From Rhynchobatus australiae (Eukaryota): a stretch of 55,777 bases of DNA. The translations under genes were made by a program, and so were the position numbers. The notes under the pieces were generated by a model. It was not told where the DNA came from, did not search any database, and was given only the letters and a program-made list of their open reading frames with translations. This document shows, piece by piece, positions 1 through 12,872 of this stretch; within the stretch, counting starts at the first letter, position 1; each line of letters opens with the position of its first letter. The stretch lies in contig JAUZTB010000057.1 in the NCBI GenBank assembly GCA_034780895.1, positions 13,010,914-13,066,690 on the forward strand, in the 5' to 3' direction.

Positions 1-232
1 CTCCCACATCCCCTCAACTTCCCCTGATTCTCCTACTGCCGACCGACACTAATTTTCAGTGGCCAATAAACCTAGCGGCTTGTCTTTAGGAGGAAACAGA
101 GAACTGGTCGAAATGCTTGCGGTCACAGGGAGAACAAGGAAACTCTAAACAGATAGCACCGGAGGTCATGATTGAACCTGGGTCGCTGAAGCTGTGCAGG
201 TACAGCCCTAATTGCTGCATAACTATGCCACC
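1..232 (-). mobile_element. V-SINE / HE1-type tRNA-derived SINE, 3' end runs off the window
   Basis: The minus strand reads a tRNA-like head (...CAGCTTCAGCGACCCAGGTTCAATC..., B-box-like) followed by V-domain-like GAGTTTCCTTGTTCTCCCTGTGACCGC...GTTTCCTCC and TAGGTTTATTGGCCACTG. Confidence 0.8.
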
Positions 233-619
233 ACATTTGAAATGCCTGAATACTACCCTCACTCATCACACCCTTCCCAACCCTGCAACATTCATGCCTA
301 TAACTTAAATCTCCTGAGTACTGATGACACACCAGCTTTATTGTATTGGCATTGGCTGTATTGAAATTCGCCACAATGTCAATATGGCCAATGCCTGTGC
401 TGATCAGTAAAGTAGAATTTGAAGCTGAATTAATTCAACACGTAGAAGACATTTCTATCTCTGCATAACAACAAGGGGCTGATTGTAACTCTATGGAATC
501 TAGGTGGATAGCAGTTGAAGTCACTCTGGCTATTTGCCAGCAGCAACAACAATCTCAGCTTCCACATAAGAAGCAGCTAGTGTGTTCCTAGCCACTTAAA
601 ACTGCTTGGAACCCACAGT

Positions 620-1260
620 TCTGCATATGAACCTGTTCCACATGGCTGCCAACAAAGGCACCCACCCAAAACTGGAAAGAATCTTCTTTTCATGTACATG
701 ACTCTTCCTGATGGTATGCCCAGAGTCTTAATTGAACTGGGAAGCTGCTTTTATGAGTGAACGCATCATCATAAAGGGCCTTTACCAGATGGGACCCCAA
801 CAAAATGGTTTTCTCACATTTGGTTTGGACCTGGAGGGAGTGGGACATCTGTCTGGGCTCCGGCTGCCTCAACAACTTTTATCCTTTCCACCATCCTGAA
901 TAAGCCTATCTTTCCACTCCCACCTTCCCCTCACACTCTGATACCTGATACCTGCAACCCTTCCCTTCCTCTGAAATAGGTGGGCAGCCTCCGTGTTGTT
1001 CAAATTTCCACCACTTTCCACCAATCCCCCCCCCCCCCCCATCTTCCCAACAATGAGGCCTCGGATGTGAACCACCTTGGGCCACTTCTCTGGATTTCCG
1101 GTTCTGCTTTCAATTGGCCTTACTGCTGTCAACCTATCTCTACCAAAAATCAAACCTTGCACTTTTAGTGCAGCTGTTCCATTTTGCTCCACTTCCTACG
1201 TTTTTCATATTTGCGCTTGTTTCTGTCAGTGAATTAATATCCTAATATCTTTAGCTGGTC
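620..1260 (+). mobile_element. Heavily decayed Ty3/gypsy integrase remnant
   Basis: Frameshifted motifs occur in the expected order: DGMPRVLIELGSCF (~HGLPxxIVSDRGxQF), PQQNG (~HPQTNG), WAPAA/LNN (~WAEYAHN), ISTKNQTL (~WLSTKNLxL). Confidence 0.45.
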
Positions 1261-1304
1261 TGAAGTTTTGCTTAATCTTCAGTCCAACTTGTTGGAACAT
1301 GGCA

Positions 1305-1972
1305 NNNNNNNNNNNNNNNNNNNNNNNNNNNNNNNNNNNNNNNNNNNNNNNNNNNNNNNNNNNNNNNNNNNNNNNNNNNNNNNNNNNNNNNNNNNNNNNN
1401 NNNNNNNNNNNNNNNNNNNNNNNNNNNNNNNNNNNNNNNNNNNNNNNNNNNNNNNNNNNNNNNNNNNNNNNNNNNNNNNNNNNNNNNNNNNNNNNNNNNN
1501 NNNNNNNNNNNNNNNNNNNNNNNNNNNNNNNNNNNNNNNNNNNNNNNNNNNNNNNNNNNNNNNNNNNNNNNNNNNNNNNNNNNNNNNNNNNNNNNNNNNN
1601 NNNNNNNNNNNNNNNNNNNNNNNNNNNNNNNNNNNNNNNNNNNNNNNNNNNNNNNNNNNNNNNNNNNNNNNNNNNNNNNNNNNNNNNNNNNNNNNNNNNN
1701 NNNNNNNNNNNNNNNNNNNNNNNNNNNNNNNNNNNNNNNNNNNNNNNNNNNNNNNNNNNNNNNNNNNNNNNNNNNNNNNNNNNNNNNNNNNNNNNNNNNN
1801 NNNNNNNNNNNNNNNNNNNNNNNNNNNNNNNNNNNNNNNNNNNNNNNNNNNNNNNNNNNNNNNNNNNNNNNNNNNNNNNNNNNNNNNNNNNNNNNNNNNN
1901 NNNNNNNNNNNNNNNNNNNNNNNNNNNNNNNNNNNNNNNNNNNNNNNNNNNNNNNNNNNNNNNNNNNNNNNN
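1305..1972. other. Assembly gap (N run)
   Basis: Run of N; the ORFs that span it are artefacts. Confidence 0.99.
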
Positions 1973-2367
1973 ATGTACATGTGACTAATAAAGATATCTT
2001 GTATAATGCTCTTTTTACTTGTAAACTGGGCAATGCTGCCATGACGTTGCACAACTTGTTTTCAAATTCTGCCAGTCAAGACAAGGGAAGTTTTTGCTGG
2101 ATGATGAAGCCCAGTCCTGATCTCCAGTGTGTCATCTTGGATGGGACTTTCCAAAATTCTGAGGGAGTTTTCCATTTCTGAAGGTAAAGTCTTTATGATG
2201 AGATAATAAATAAATATCTCGCCTACCTGTAGGAGTGCAGATAAAACATCTCATTGGACCACAGCTTTTCAACAACGAGAGCACAGCAGCATTTTTGCCA
2301 GCTTGTGTGAGATCAGACAAATAAATGAATATAACTTCAAGAAAAGGGGGGAAAAGTTAAATATTAC

Positions 2368-2490
2368 CACCCAGAGGAAACGCATACAGTCACAGGAAGA
2401 ACATACAGACTACACATAAGTAGATCTGAAGGTCAGGATTAAACCTGGGCCACTGGAGCTATGAGGCAGCTGCTATACCAGACACAGCAG
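2368..2490 (-). mobile_element. V-SINE/HE1-type 5' fragment
   Basis: Resembles 105-230 (CAGTCACAGGAAGAACA...GGTCAGGATTAAACCTGGGCCACTGGAGCTATGAGGCAGC). Confidence 0.75.
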
Positions 2491-2689
2491 CTGAGAAATC
2501 TTAGTAGGATGAGGTGATTGGATCACTTTATTTTACACTAAGTTATCTGTAACGTGCATGTGTGAATATTACCCCAAGGAAGGTAGCAGGTTAGTCCCCA
2601 ACATCAAAAAGATTGCAAAACACTGCATTAGATGATTCAAGAATCTTAGCAAAGCAAATTACCTGGTTTTGTGACCTTTCAACGCACAG

Positions 2690-2835
2690 CTTTTGCATTT
2701 GACTGAACATGAAGCTGCTCTACTGAGCAGCCAGCTGTGTCTACCCTTCTGAAGCAACTAGTTGGTTGTGAAGCACTTTAGGGCGACCGTGACAACTGTA
2801 ACTGTGTTATGTAAGTGCAGGCTCATTCATTCTTA
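2690..2835 (+). mobile_element. Deu-SINE (SacSINE1-like) 3' tail remnant
   Basis: TTGGTTGTGAAGCACTTTAGGGCG...TATGTAAGTGCAGG resembles the tail at 55620-55695. Confidence 0.5.
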
Positions 2836-2904
2836 TTTCAGGTTCCCAGAAGTGAATAACAAACAAATCCCAGCAGGTTAAATCTAGGTGAGTACTTTAT
2901 TCTT

Positions 2905-3168
2905 CACAGATGTGACTATTTTCCAATTCCCTCAGCAACTGTCTTATGAGTTCTTTGAATGAGGTTGCTTCATTGGTGCCCATTTGGGACAGTTTCACAC
3001 TGCTGGCTGACTGACATTCAGCAAAAGAATGAATGAAATGGCCCAAACCCCTGTCATAAAAGACCTTAAAGCCAGCAGGCAGAGGAAGCTTTGGTTTCAT
3101 TGGCCTGGACTGGATTTAAAGCTACAGCTCAAGGCAAAACATCAGTGTCTAATCCTTCAAAACCCCAT
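2905..3168 (-). mobile_element. LF-SINE-like SINE remnant
   Basis: Minus-strand blocks TTTAAATCCAGTCCAGGCC, CTGCTGGCT...TATGACAGGGGTTTGGG and CAAATGGGCACCAATGAAGCAACCTC are collinear with the recalled LF-SINE consensus blocks TTCAAATCCAGCCCAGGTC, CTGATGGCTG...TGTGAAATGAGTTGG and CAATTGGCACTAATTGGCACCC. Confidence 0.55.
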
Positions 3169-3309
3169 TTAACTTTTCCAAATGTCTCCATGTTACAAAA
3201 TATGGAGATAAATCTCTGATTCAGTGCAGGTGCACTTCTTTTAGAATCTGCCATTTGATCTGAACAAATGTACCTCTTTCTGAAGCTTTTTAAGGGCTGC
3301 CAGTGATTT

Positions 3310-3411
3310 GGGTTCCAGCAGTTATAAACTGGTTCCCGGGAGATACAAGCTTAGCACAGATCTCTCTCCCTGAAGTAAATTCATGAACCAGATTGTGTTT
3401 TTTTTCCAACA
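3310..3411 (-). mobile_element. SINE fragment, probably the same family as 4590-4912
   Basis: CAGATCTCTCTCCCTGAAGTAAATTCATGAACCAGATTGTGTTTT matches the recalled internal block of that family in reverse; the copy ends at a gap. Confidence 0.4.
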
Positions 3412-4589
3412 NNNNNNNNNNNNNNNNNNNNNNNNNNNNNNNNNNNNNNNNNNNNNNNNNNNNNNNNNNNNNNNNNNNNNNNNNNNNNNNNNNNNNNNNN
3501 NNNNNNNNNNNNNNNNNNNNNNNNNNNNNNNNNNNNNNNTTACATTTACAAAGACTTCCTTGATTCTGCTTGTTCTTTGTTTTCTTTGGAATTTAAAGAT
3601 TACCCTTCATACATTGCAAAACTGAACACGGTACCACATCACATTTTCGTAGTGTTTAATATGATGCACAGCATCCTTTAATTCCACAACCTTGGTCCTC
3701 TAATCTTGCCTTCAGCACTATGTAAGGTGGGCGATATTCTCTCATTTCTATCATAGACAAAGTCACTTAAAAATGAGAGGAAGGAAAGAGGAGCAGTTAA
3801 CAAAAAAAAAAGCCACAAGCTGTATTTCACCCAAAGTACAACATTTAGTGATGTATTGGGAGACCATTAAAACCTGAGATCGCTTGGGATACAAAGACTA
3901 CATTGTTAGTTGCAAATAATTACCAATTGTACATTGGATGAGAATGCCAGATCTTAGAAGTCTGTTCTCTTTCTGAAGGCACCATAAAACTTCCCTGAAC
4001 AATGTCCTCGCTTTGTTCAATTAGAACTTCCCCTGGACATCTCATCTTTTCTTAAATCATCTGCTAGAAAATGTTAATGTTTTTAATTATGAAGAAGCTG
4101 CAGTTCCACAGATCAACACTACCCCATAGGAAAGTGATGCTCAATATATTATGGCACTAAATCCCAAAACAGCTTTCACATCGGGCCCAGATTGAATTTC
4201 ATTAGCTATTACACTGCACAGGCTGTCTCAATATGTAGTATAAATGGCTACAAAACACTTGCAACACATAATACTTTGCCAAAATAGACTTTTGCAATAA
4301 AGTGGTGTTTATAGATCAATGCAAACAATTTGGGAAGTGAATTGTAGAATAGTTATTTGTTGTTGCTGTTACATTATCAGAATAGAGCTGTCACCTACAG
4401 CAGAGCACTAAGATTCCAAAGACTACAAGAGAGGAATTAGTCTTCAGCCATTAACACTAAATACGCAACATGCTGTTAGCTGTACATCATAATCCCCTTC
4501 TGAAATTCAATCTCCTTGAAGTCAATGCAACTGAATTTCAGAAGAGAAGTGCAGTGCACTGCCTTCACCACAGTGCATGCTCAACAAGG

Positions 4590-4912
4590 TACATGAGTTC
4601 AAATTCTGCTAAGGCAGCTTGTGAATTTAAATTCAGTTAAAAAAAAATTGGAAGGAAATAGCTGATGTCTGTGAAGTTGCCGTGTAGCTATCAGGTTATT
4701 GTAGAATTGGTTCTCTTGTGTCCTTACCAAGTCTGACCTTTATGTGACTCCAGGCTCACGTCACCATTGCTGCTTCTTAATAGCTCTCGAAAGAGGTCTA
4801 GCTAGGCATTCAGTTGAATCAATCTGCTAATACCTTCTCTAGGACAAACTAGAAATGGACCATAAAATGCCTGCCTTGTCAGAGGCAACATATCCTGACG
4901 ATAAATAAGAAA
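4590..4912 (+). mobile_element. Chondrichthyan tRNA-derived SINE with a CR1-group LINE tail
   Basis: It has a B-box-like GAGTTCAAATTC and an internal TCCTTACCAAGTCTGACCTTTATGTGACTCCAG. Its tail (ATGGACCATAAAATGCCTGCCTTGTCAG...CATATCCTG) resembles the reverse complement of the LINE 3' ends at 19670-19740 and 38150-38215. Confidence 0.6.
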
Positions 4913-6539
4913 TTTTAAAATGCGTATTGGTTCACACTTCTGCTGTGTTGCCATGCCAGATTTTGTACTAAAATAGTATATGTTTATCAGAGCAGTCATG
5001 CAAGACTTGATGTACAATCTATCATTCTTATCCTCTGCACTCTTTTGGTGGAGAACTTTTCATTTAACATCAATGTGCTAACGTGTGATTAAGGGGATAC
5101 GACAAGTTTAATCAATGGTGCAAAGGTGACTCTGATGTAAAAATAAAATATATTTTGGTTGAAAAACTACCTTCAAAATGAGAGGAAAGTGTNNNNNNNN
5201 NNNNNNNNNNNNNNNNNNNNNNNNNACTGAGTCCTAAGGTTATTCTCTCAACACATAGCCCATTAGAAGGGTACAAGCTCCAGTGGACCTGGCTAACTTC
5301 TATTATTTTTCATTTATCATTCACTTCTCCCTGTGTTTCTTTCCAGGTACATTTCTTATCTGCACACATACTCCTGAGGCTGAGATAGTGGGTGAAATGT
5401 AGCTGTAGATTTCTTTCTGACCACTGCATGGATAGAAATGATAGCAGTCTGAGACCTGTCAATGTTGCCTACTTTCTCCCTGGATTCTCACTTAAACAGT
5501 TCAGCTGAAAGATGACAAAACCTGCTGAGCTGAGTCACGTCCCCACCTGCCTCATCCCGGAGATGGCACTCCTTCTTGGAATGTTCTGCATGAATTAAAA
5601 CTTAATCTCCTGGACACCACTGCAAGCAGCTCAGGAGTGAAAAATCAGAGGAGCATTTGAAAAAAATATCATTATCTTTGAACGCTTTTTTAGTAGCTAA
5701 AAATAAAATTGCAGATGACCAAAATGTTTATTTTTGACTGCTTGAAGCCAAAAGGTCATATCAGGAAACCTCTGGGAATACATCCAGTCAGATCTGGCAA
5801 TCCTATTGCAAATAGAGCTGGCAGGAAAACCCATTGTGCAGTAGCAAAGTGGCTAATTGTTATAGTTACTAAACTCTGGACCATCAAATTCTTGCTGCAA
5901 AACATCAGCCAGTACTGAAGCATGATTATAGTTTGTTAAAGACCCAATTAGTAATTGGAATGTTTTAGTCAAGAATAATTTCACGTGTTCACCCATAGAA
6001 ACACAAAATTAGATAAATAAAACTCACTGAAATATCTGAAGGCCTACTAATCTATTGCCCTAATGAAACCCAACACAAAACTTTATCCCTCGGGCTGGAA
6101 AAACATTGCTCCACTGATCTCTAATGAATTTTAAATGTAAAAATTATCTCTTATGCAGCAGGAGAAGTAATTAAAACATTCTAGTAAATAGATCGGCAGT
6201 TCTGTGCAAAAGGACACAGATAAGCTCCGTCAGTTAGTGTTAATTATACTTNNNNNNNNNNNNNNNNNNNNNNNNNNNNNNNNNNNNNNNNNNNNNNNNN
6301 NNNNNNNNNNNNNNNNNNNNNNNNNNNNNNNNNNNNNNNNNNNNNNNNNNNNNNNNNNNNNNNNNNNNNNNNNNNNNCTCTTCATGAATTTAAAGGAATT
6401 GTTGCACTTACACCAATGAAATGAATTAAATTCCCTGCAAAAAGTTAGGATTGCTACTTAGCAATTTAAGACTCTTAGACTCTTGTTAAAAACAGGCTTT
6501 ATATCCCTGAAATGTCACTCAGTCAAACAAATTCAAGAA

Positions 6540-7120
6540 AGGAAAAATAGAATCTCATGAAGGTCGTAAACTGTTCTGAAATTTTTTTTTATTAATTGAG
6601 TTGTTCTTTTTCTTTTTCATTCTGTCTCTCTGCTACTCTCAATCTCATCATTCTTTTCATCCCTTGGTTTTTCTTTCCGTGTCTAAATTGGCTGTAATTG
6701 ACTGACTTCCTTCTTTATCATCCTTGTTTTGTTTTTCTCTGTCTTAAATCTCATGGCTAATGGTCCCATTGCTAAACTTAGCAAACCATCATCAGCTCCA
6801 CTTCCACCAATTTGAGCCAATAACGCATTGAGCTACACAGAGGGGGTAAAAGAGCCAAGTAAATGATCATGTCACTTAAGAGCCACTACAGTAAACCTTG
6901 AGGCAGAACTTCTACTGTGTTTCCTCTGATACCCTATAGCAATTCCAATCAGAGACTGCGAAAACCCCAGNNNNNNNNNNTCCTGTTGGTGTATTCCCAA
7001 CTTTACTCTTGAATTTCGGAGAATTTCAGGTATCTATGTGCAGATGCAGAAATTAACTTGGAAGATCAATGTCCTTGACAGCCCAGTGCAACTCAATAAC
7101 TTTAAGTGAAGGAAAATAAA
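6540..7120. mobile_element. Decayed non-autonomous DNA-transposon-like repeats
   Basis: Blocks such as ATCAGCTCCACTTCCACCAATTT and TGTGCAGATGCAGAAATT resemble recalled abundant shark/ray interspersed repeats; the termini are not resolved. Confidence 0.3.
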
Positions 7121-7989
7121 TATTAGAAACAATAAAAACAGTTCAGTGATATCAAAAGTTATTGACTTTTTGATTCTCAAAACATGACAATCATTGCATC
7201 TTGTTATAAAGGTAATATCTGATGAATGTAGCTTGTGTCTTTTATTCTGGTTGCCATTTCAGGAAGTACTTTCCTCTCTCCCATTACTCACCGAGCTTTT
7301 TCTCCTCACCAAAATATCCAAGACAAATTTTAATGTAAAGTCCTATGTAATCCATAGCATTTTTATTTACAACATTACTGTACTCCTATTTTTTTGATGA
7401 AGCAATATTGGTTTTACAAAAGGGATAACACTCCTCTGTGATCATTAAAAGTGTCCAAACTTTGGAATTCCCTTAAAAAAAATCAGAAGTGAATTCTCAA
7501 ATTATCACAAATCTGCAAAATATTACTATAAAATTCCCATATTTTACAAACTGTCCTCCATAATCTGTTAATTTAATTTCTAGACTTGGATTTCTTTTAA
7601 ACTCATAAATGTCTGCTCTGTGAATTCCGATATCATTTGTATCCCTTCATAAGACTGAAATCTTTCCCAAATGTTGCTCATTTTGCATTTGACATGTGGA
7701 GGCCATGACATTTCTCTGCAACATGAAGTGAAATACATCCTGTTATCACTGTGGTTCAAATTGATTGGCAGTTCAGTTTAAACCCTGGAGTTTGAGTACA
7801 GAGATTTGCAGTGTGTCATTGCAACATCACAACACTTTAAAGAGATGATATTTAGTTGAAAGGACTTTGAACTATCATCACACTCTACCCTTGCTTTCAA
7901 TAACCAGGATGGACCCTTCCTAAATTTGCATTCAGGTAGCGGCTCTCATGCATTATCAAGTAAAAAACAGGTCGGTAAGGAAAATGAAA

Positions 7990-8130
7990 ATGTCGTGAGG
8001 AGTAATTGAAACCTTTGCCAAGGGTTTGGATTTTAAGAGGCAGCAGAAAGTGGAGAGACAAATGTGTTTAGGAGGACTGTAGATCTTGGAGATAAGGCAG
8101 ATGAATGCATGGCTGCCAACAATGAGCAGG
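7990..8130 (-). mobile_element. L2 LINE 3' fragment
   Basis: GGATTTTAAGAGG...GGAGAGAC...TTTAGGAGG...GGCAGATGAATGCATGGCTGCCAACAATG is similar to 27610-27715. Confidence 0.6.
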
Positions 8131-9304
8131 CTGGCTGCACCTAAACTTGAGGCAGTTGTATGCAAACTTCATCCACACCTGGGAAAACTGATTAGAGCAA
8201 GATCTGTTCCTGTGTCTCTGTTCTCCCTCCCTTCAGCCTATTTGGCCTAGCTCCNNNNNNNNNNNNNNNNNNNNNNNNNNNNNNNNNNNNNNNNNNNNNN
8301 NNNNNNNNNNNNNNNNNNNNNNNNNNNNNNNNNNNNNNNNNNNNNNNNNNNNNNGTCACTGAGTCTGCCTCTTGCATTCCACAGCCTAACAACCTTTTGT
8401 GTAAAATAAGACATTTCACTATCCTATCATAAATCTCATATTTGATCATCTTCTGTGTTCTCTTTTCCTGTATCAATTGCACCTGTTCCTTCCTCAAGTA
8501 ATTTTAAACATTTCTGTTGTTATCTGTTATCTCCACCGTTCTCCACGTTCCAGGAGCTGTTTGAATTTCTTCTGACCAGGCAGCAAGCTATTCAGCCTGT
8601 GCAGTACTCTCATAATTCTAGTGTTTATCAGCTCATAGTTCTAACCAGATCAAGCCAGCCCTGAGCAATAGGGGCACCTTTGGGACACCCAGCTACTGAC
8701 CAATCCTTCTCCACTCCAATGTTCATTGAGTTGCTTTACACAACAGTTGATACTTTGGGCAAGATGAACTGATGTCATCTCCCTCTTCACCAGATGTGGA
8801 TGGACCTTGGTTCATCGTTCATCCTTTTGGATATTGATTTATGCTCCTCAACCAATCCAGTCCAAATATGAGGGCATATCTAGTAGCCAACAATCTGATC
8901 ATGGGAGAGGATACATTGGTTTATGTAGCACCAGGTAGCAGATCAAGTGTAACCAAGCTCAACAAAATTCACAAAACTACATGCAACAAACTCCATCTAC
9001 TTCTTATGTCCATTCTAGCAGTTCATAGATATCCTTCTGTTGCCTCCTTTGGTCACCAGGATTGTTTTCAATTCCTCCTCTTTTTGTGACATCTCCAAAC
9101 TAAAAAGAAACGCTCCTTTCATCCCCATCTCCAGACAATGAATGCTCTTGGTGAAGCGAAGCTTTCCTGGAAAGGAACATTGTGGGACAGTATAACCAGT
9201 AAAACAAGAAAATACTCTGGGACTTAGGTGTTCAGTTCAATGTTCCTCTTTTTTTGATCAGTTTTAATGATGTTTATTAGTTCCACCCTTGCCCACTTTC
9301 CAAC

Positions 9305-10235
9305 TCAGAGCCACAGAATGATACCAGCATGCAAGGAGAGTACTCAGCCCATGGAGTCTGTACCAGTTCAATGTAAGAACAGTCCTGCTGGTCTCACTCC
9401 CCAACTCTCTCACCATGGCCCTGCAAATTCTTTTTTTATATATAAACTGATCCAGCTTCCTTTTGAATGCTGCAAACAAATCTGCCTCCACTACCCCTAC
9501 CAGTGCTGTCCACACCTTAACCATTGGCTGCATAAAAATACTTTGCCTCCTGTTACTTTTGGTTCTTTTTCCAATTACTTTCCTTCTTTTGTCTTCACCT
9601 TCCTTCTATAACAGTGCTTGACTGTTCCATCAATGGAACAGATTCCCTCTATATACTCTGTCTATAACCTTCATGGTTTTAAATACCACTAGCAAATCAC
9701 CTCACAACTTCCTCCGTACCAAAGAGAATAACACCAGCTTCTTCAGTCCATATTTCCTTGAAATCTATTTACTATCTTTCCGCACAGTTCAAGTTTTGTG
9801 TCATCGTCAAATTTGGAAATCATGTCCTGTACACCCAAATCCAAATCATTAATATGTATTAAGAAAGTAAGTAGTCCCAGTTCCAGTCCCCGGGGAACTC
9901 ACTGCATACTGACCTCCTGTCCATAAAAATACAACCATTTGCTACTGTTCTCTGTTTTCTGTCTTCACCAGTTTTCTTTCCATGATGCCATAGTTCCTTT
10001 TATTCCATCAAGCATGATGAAAAGACTGTTATGTGGCCCCTTATCAAATGCCTTTTGGAAGCCCACAATACCACATCCAACAATTCCATGAAGGCTTTCT
10101 CTATCAATCCACACTTCCAAATAACTGATAATTCTGTTCCTGATTATTGTTTCAATTGCTTCCCCCAGCCCTAAGTTTAAACTGACTGGTCTGTAATTAT
10201 TGAGTTTGTACTTGTGCCCTTTTTTGAACATTTAC
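9305..10235 (-). mobile_element. CR1 LINE (HER1-like), internally deleted RT plus 3' UTR
   Basis: ORF 9965-10231 gives FKKG...NYRPVSL...FQKAFDKGPH and ORF 9264-9533 gives VVEAD...FKRKLD; a CR1 3' end lies near 9310. Confidence 0.9.
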
Positions 10236-12214
10236 AGTTCCATACCCCATGATCTTCTCCAGCAATCTCCTCTGCGATGTCTTGTCAAAGGCTCATCTTT
10301 ATCACCTCCATTGTGGGTGATGGAGAACTCATACAGAGAACTCATACCTGTGACCTCAATGATTGGCCAATATGGTATGACAATCTGAAATACTTATCAA
10401 TTACTTCTTTTTAGATTGTCTTATTTAGGTAGTTGATAACTTTAGCTTTAAAGATTACTAAAGATTTTGAACAACAGGCCTGAACTGAATCTTAATCTCA
10501 GTCACATACTTGATACTCTCTACACTACCCCACAGAGCCTTAATGTGATTTGTTCTTCAGTACCCTGAGAGTATGTGGACATATTCCATCTTCACTTTGT
10601 CCTTCTTTATCTGCAGTCCATTCAATGATTGTAACATCTGTTGCCTGTTTTTTAACCAGTTATATCTTTAGTATCATCCTCAATATTTTCTTCTTTGATA
10701 GATATAATTTAGTTTTCCAGCCAATGTCTGCAACTAACTCACGTCCATCATCCCCTGTGGTTTCCTTTCTGTGTTTAGTAGTTCCTCATTTATTAATTTA
10801 ATTGTGGAAGAGTGTTCCATTAACATCCTTCAAGCTTCTCCCTGCCTAATTTCTTTTCTATCTTTCAGTCAACCCATTAGTTTCAAATGGACCCCTCCTA
10901 CCCTAACCCTCAATTTTGGTAACTGCAGAAAACTCTATTTAAACTGAGGTCCTGCACACCTGTGCATACAAGCACAGAAGAGGAATTCTAGAGCTATCCA
11001 GAAGAAGATTCATCTGTAAACAACTCTCTGAAAGTCAAGTTATTTGCTCATTCATTCTACCCATTATTTGATGTGCAAAATGGCCACAGTATTTGCCTTA
11101 ACAGTAACAATCCCTATCCTTCGAAGGCAACACTTGAATTGTCAATTAATTGGAATATTCTGACAACAGTTAAGATATCATTCAAAAGCAAATTCTTCGT
11201 ATTTCTTTTCTTGCTTTTAGTGCATGCTTTGTTTCAACCGATTTGAAATATTTTTGCAAAATGAAGTTTGTTTAATTATGTTACTATCTGAGCAGAACAC
11301 TGGGTTATTTCAAAAGCATTAAATATTTGTCAGATTCTGTCTTCCCTCTCATACATGAATGTAATCTCATAATTGTTATTACTAAAATAGAGCTTTTATT
11401 GCAAAGTTTCTTTGATGACTCATTTTGGCAAACAAGCAACAACAAGTATTTCATGTGCAACAAAATTAAAATTACCTGAAATAAACATGATCATATTATC
11501 ACATTCAAATTGTTTTAAGAACAATTTTGTAATTATAGCAACAGAGTCTGCATGGTTTTGAGAGCAGTTTTACTGGAAGCTGTGTTCTTCTTTCTCTACA
11601 CCATCTAGTCTTTAATTATGACTACCTGTTTGCATTCTGTTGCACTGCACCATACTAGATTCTCACAGAGACTGGTGAATATCTCAGCCATCTTGTCTGC
11701 ACCCACAGACTTACTGACAGCTTATTACTGAGCTGTTTCTGTGCTTTTAGAAACAAGTGGGTTGTATCATGACAAAAGATGTTTCACTTTGTAGGTGTGA
11801 TTAGATGTGTGTTTTAGTTGTTAGTTTCCCCCACCATGTACTCTTTATGTGTACTTCTAAGGAATGATACAATTGCTGAGAAAGGTATTATGTATGAGAA
11901 AACCACCCTCAGAGTTCTGTGTGGAATCTCTTGGTTTCCTATCCTGACTTTAACAAATGCTTCCAACTTTTGTTTCCTTTTTCCAAATTTCTCCTTTCAA
12001 TACCCCACCCAAGACCATTCTGCAGGCTGCTAGTGAAGAATTTTGGCACATTATTCAACCGTGGGAGACATCATGATCCTCTTTTCCAATTCTGCCCTCA
12101 TATGTATTTCAATTTTTAATTGCCTGTTNNNNNNNNNNNNNNNNNNNNNNNNNNNNNNNNNNNNNNNNNNNNNNNNNNNNNNNNNNNNNNNNNNNNNNNN
12201 NNNNNNNNNNNNNN

Positions 12215-12278
12215 GTCTTGTCTGTCTCTCTCTCTCCTCCTCACTATCTGTCTGTCTGTCTCCCTCCCCTTCTCTTTA
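12215..12278. repeat. Imperfect (CT)n/(TGTC)n microsatellite
   Basis: TGTCTGTCTCTCTCTCTCCTCC... next to a gap. Confidence 0.85.
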
Positions 12279-12599
12279 GTCATTAACTGAAAAATTTCTC
12301 ATATTTTTTATTTCATCATATTGTCCTGCAAATATTGTACACAAGTCAAGTTAAGCCATCTGCTCCTAGTTCCCTATCAATTCTGTATCTCCCTCAGTGA
12401 ATTTCTCAAATTTATTTGAGAGGTTGTCTTGATTTACCACACCTTCCTACGATTAGTTTCTGTGGGAATGGAGACTTGCTGTGCCCTTATACCTCTGCAA
12501 AACTCTGTTGAAGTTGGCTGCCAGGAGGTATTAATTCCACAATAGGTTTTCTGCACTTCTCCTGTCTTGTCTAACTCAGGTCTTGTCTGATCATATTAA

Positions 12600-12872
12600 C
12601 TGGTAACACTCTCATTTGGAAGTCAGACAACAACAGATTTAAGTTGCAGTTCAGGATCTTGAGCAGAAACCTAGGCAGACCCTCCAGTTCAGCACTAAAC
12701 AAACACAGCACAATCAGAGATTCCATCTTTCAGAAAGGTCAAGAACTTTAGGTCCCTATATACTTCCCCTTTTGGATGCAAGAGATTCCATGACACTATT
12801 TTGAAGAAGAGCAGGAAGTTCTTCTAGTATCCCACTAATACATAAACCTCAACTAAAATCAGGTGAAATAGC
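12600..12872 (+). mobile_element. Deu-SINE (SacSINE1-like), 5' part
   Basis: tRNA-like head GGTAACACTCTC...AGTCAGA followed by the Deu-domain block GATTCCATGACACTATTTTGAAGAAGAGCAGGAAGTTCTTC; truncated by a gap. Confidence 0.8.

Noticed and set aside
1268-2054. Long ORFs of 229-260 aa, and similar ones at 12824-13609 and 47394-47919
   Set aside because: They run through N gaps and are artefacts.
2842-2887. Strong-looking + strand acceptor/donor pair (46 nt)
   Set aside because: There are stops in all three frames and the acceptor derives from a SINE tail.
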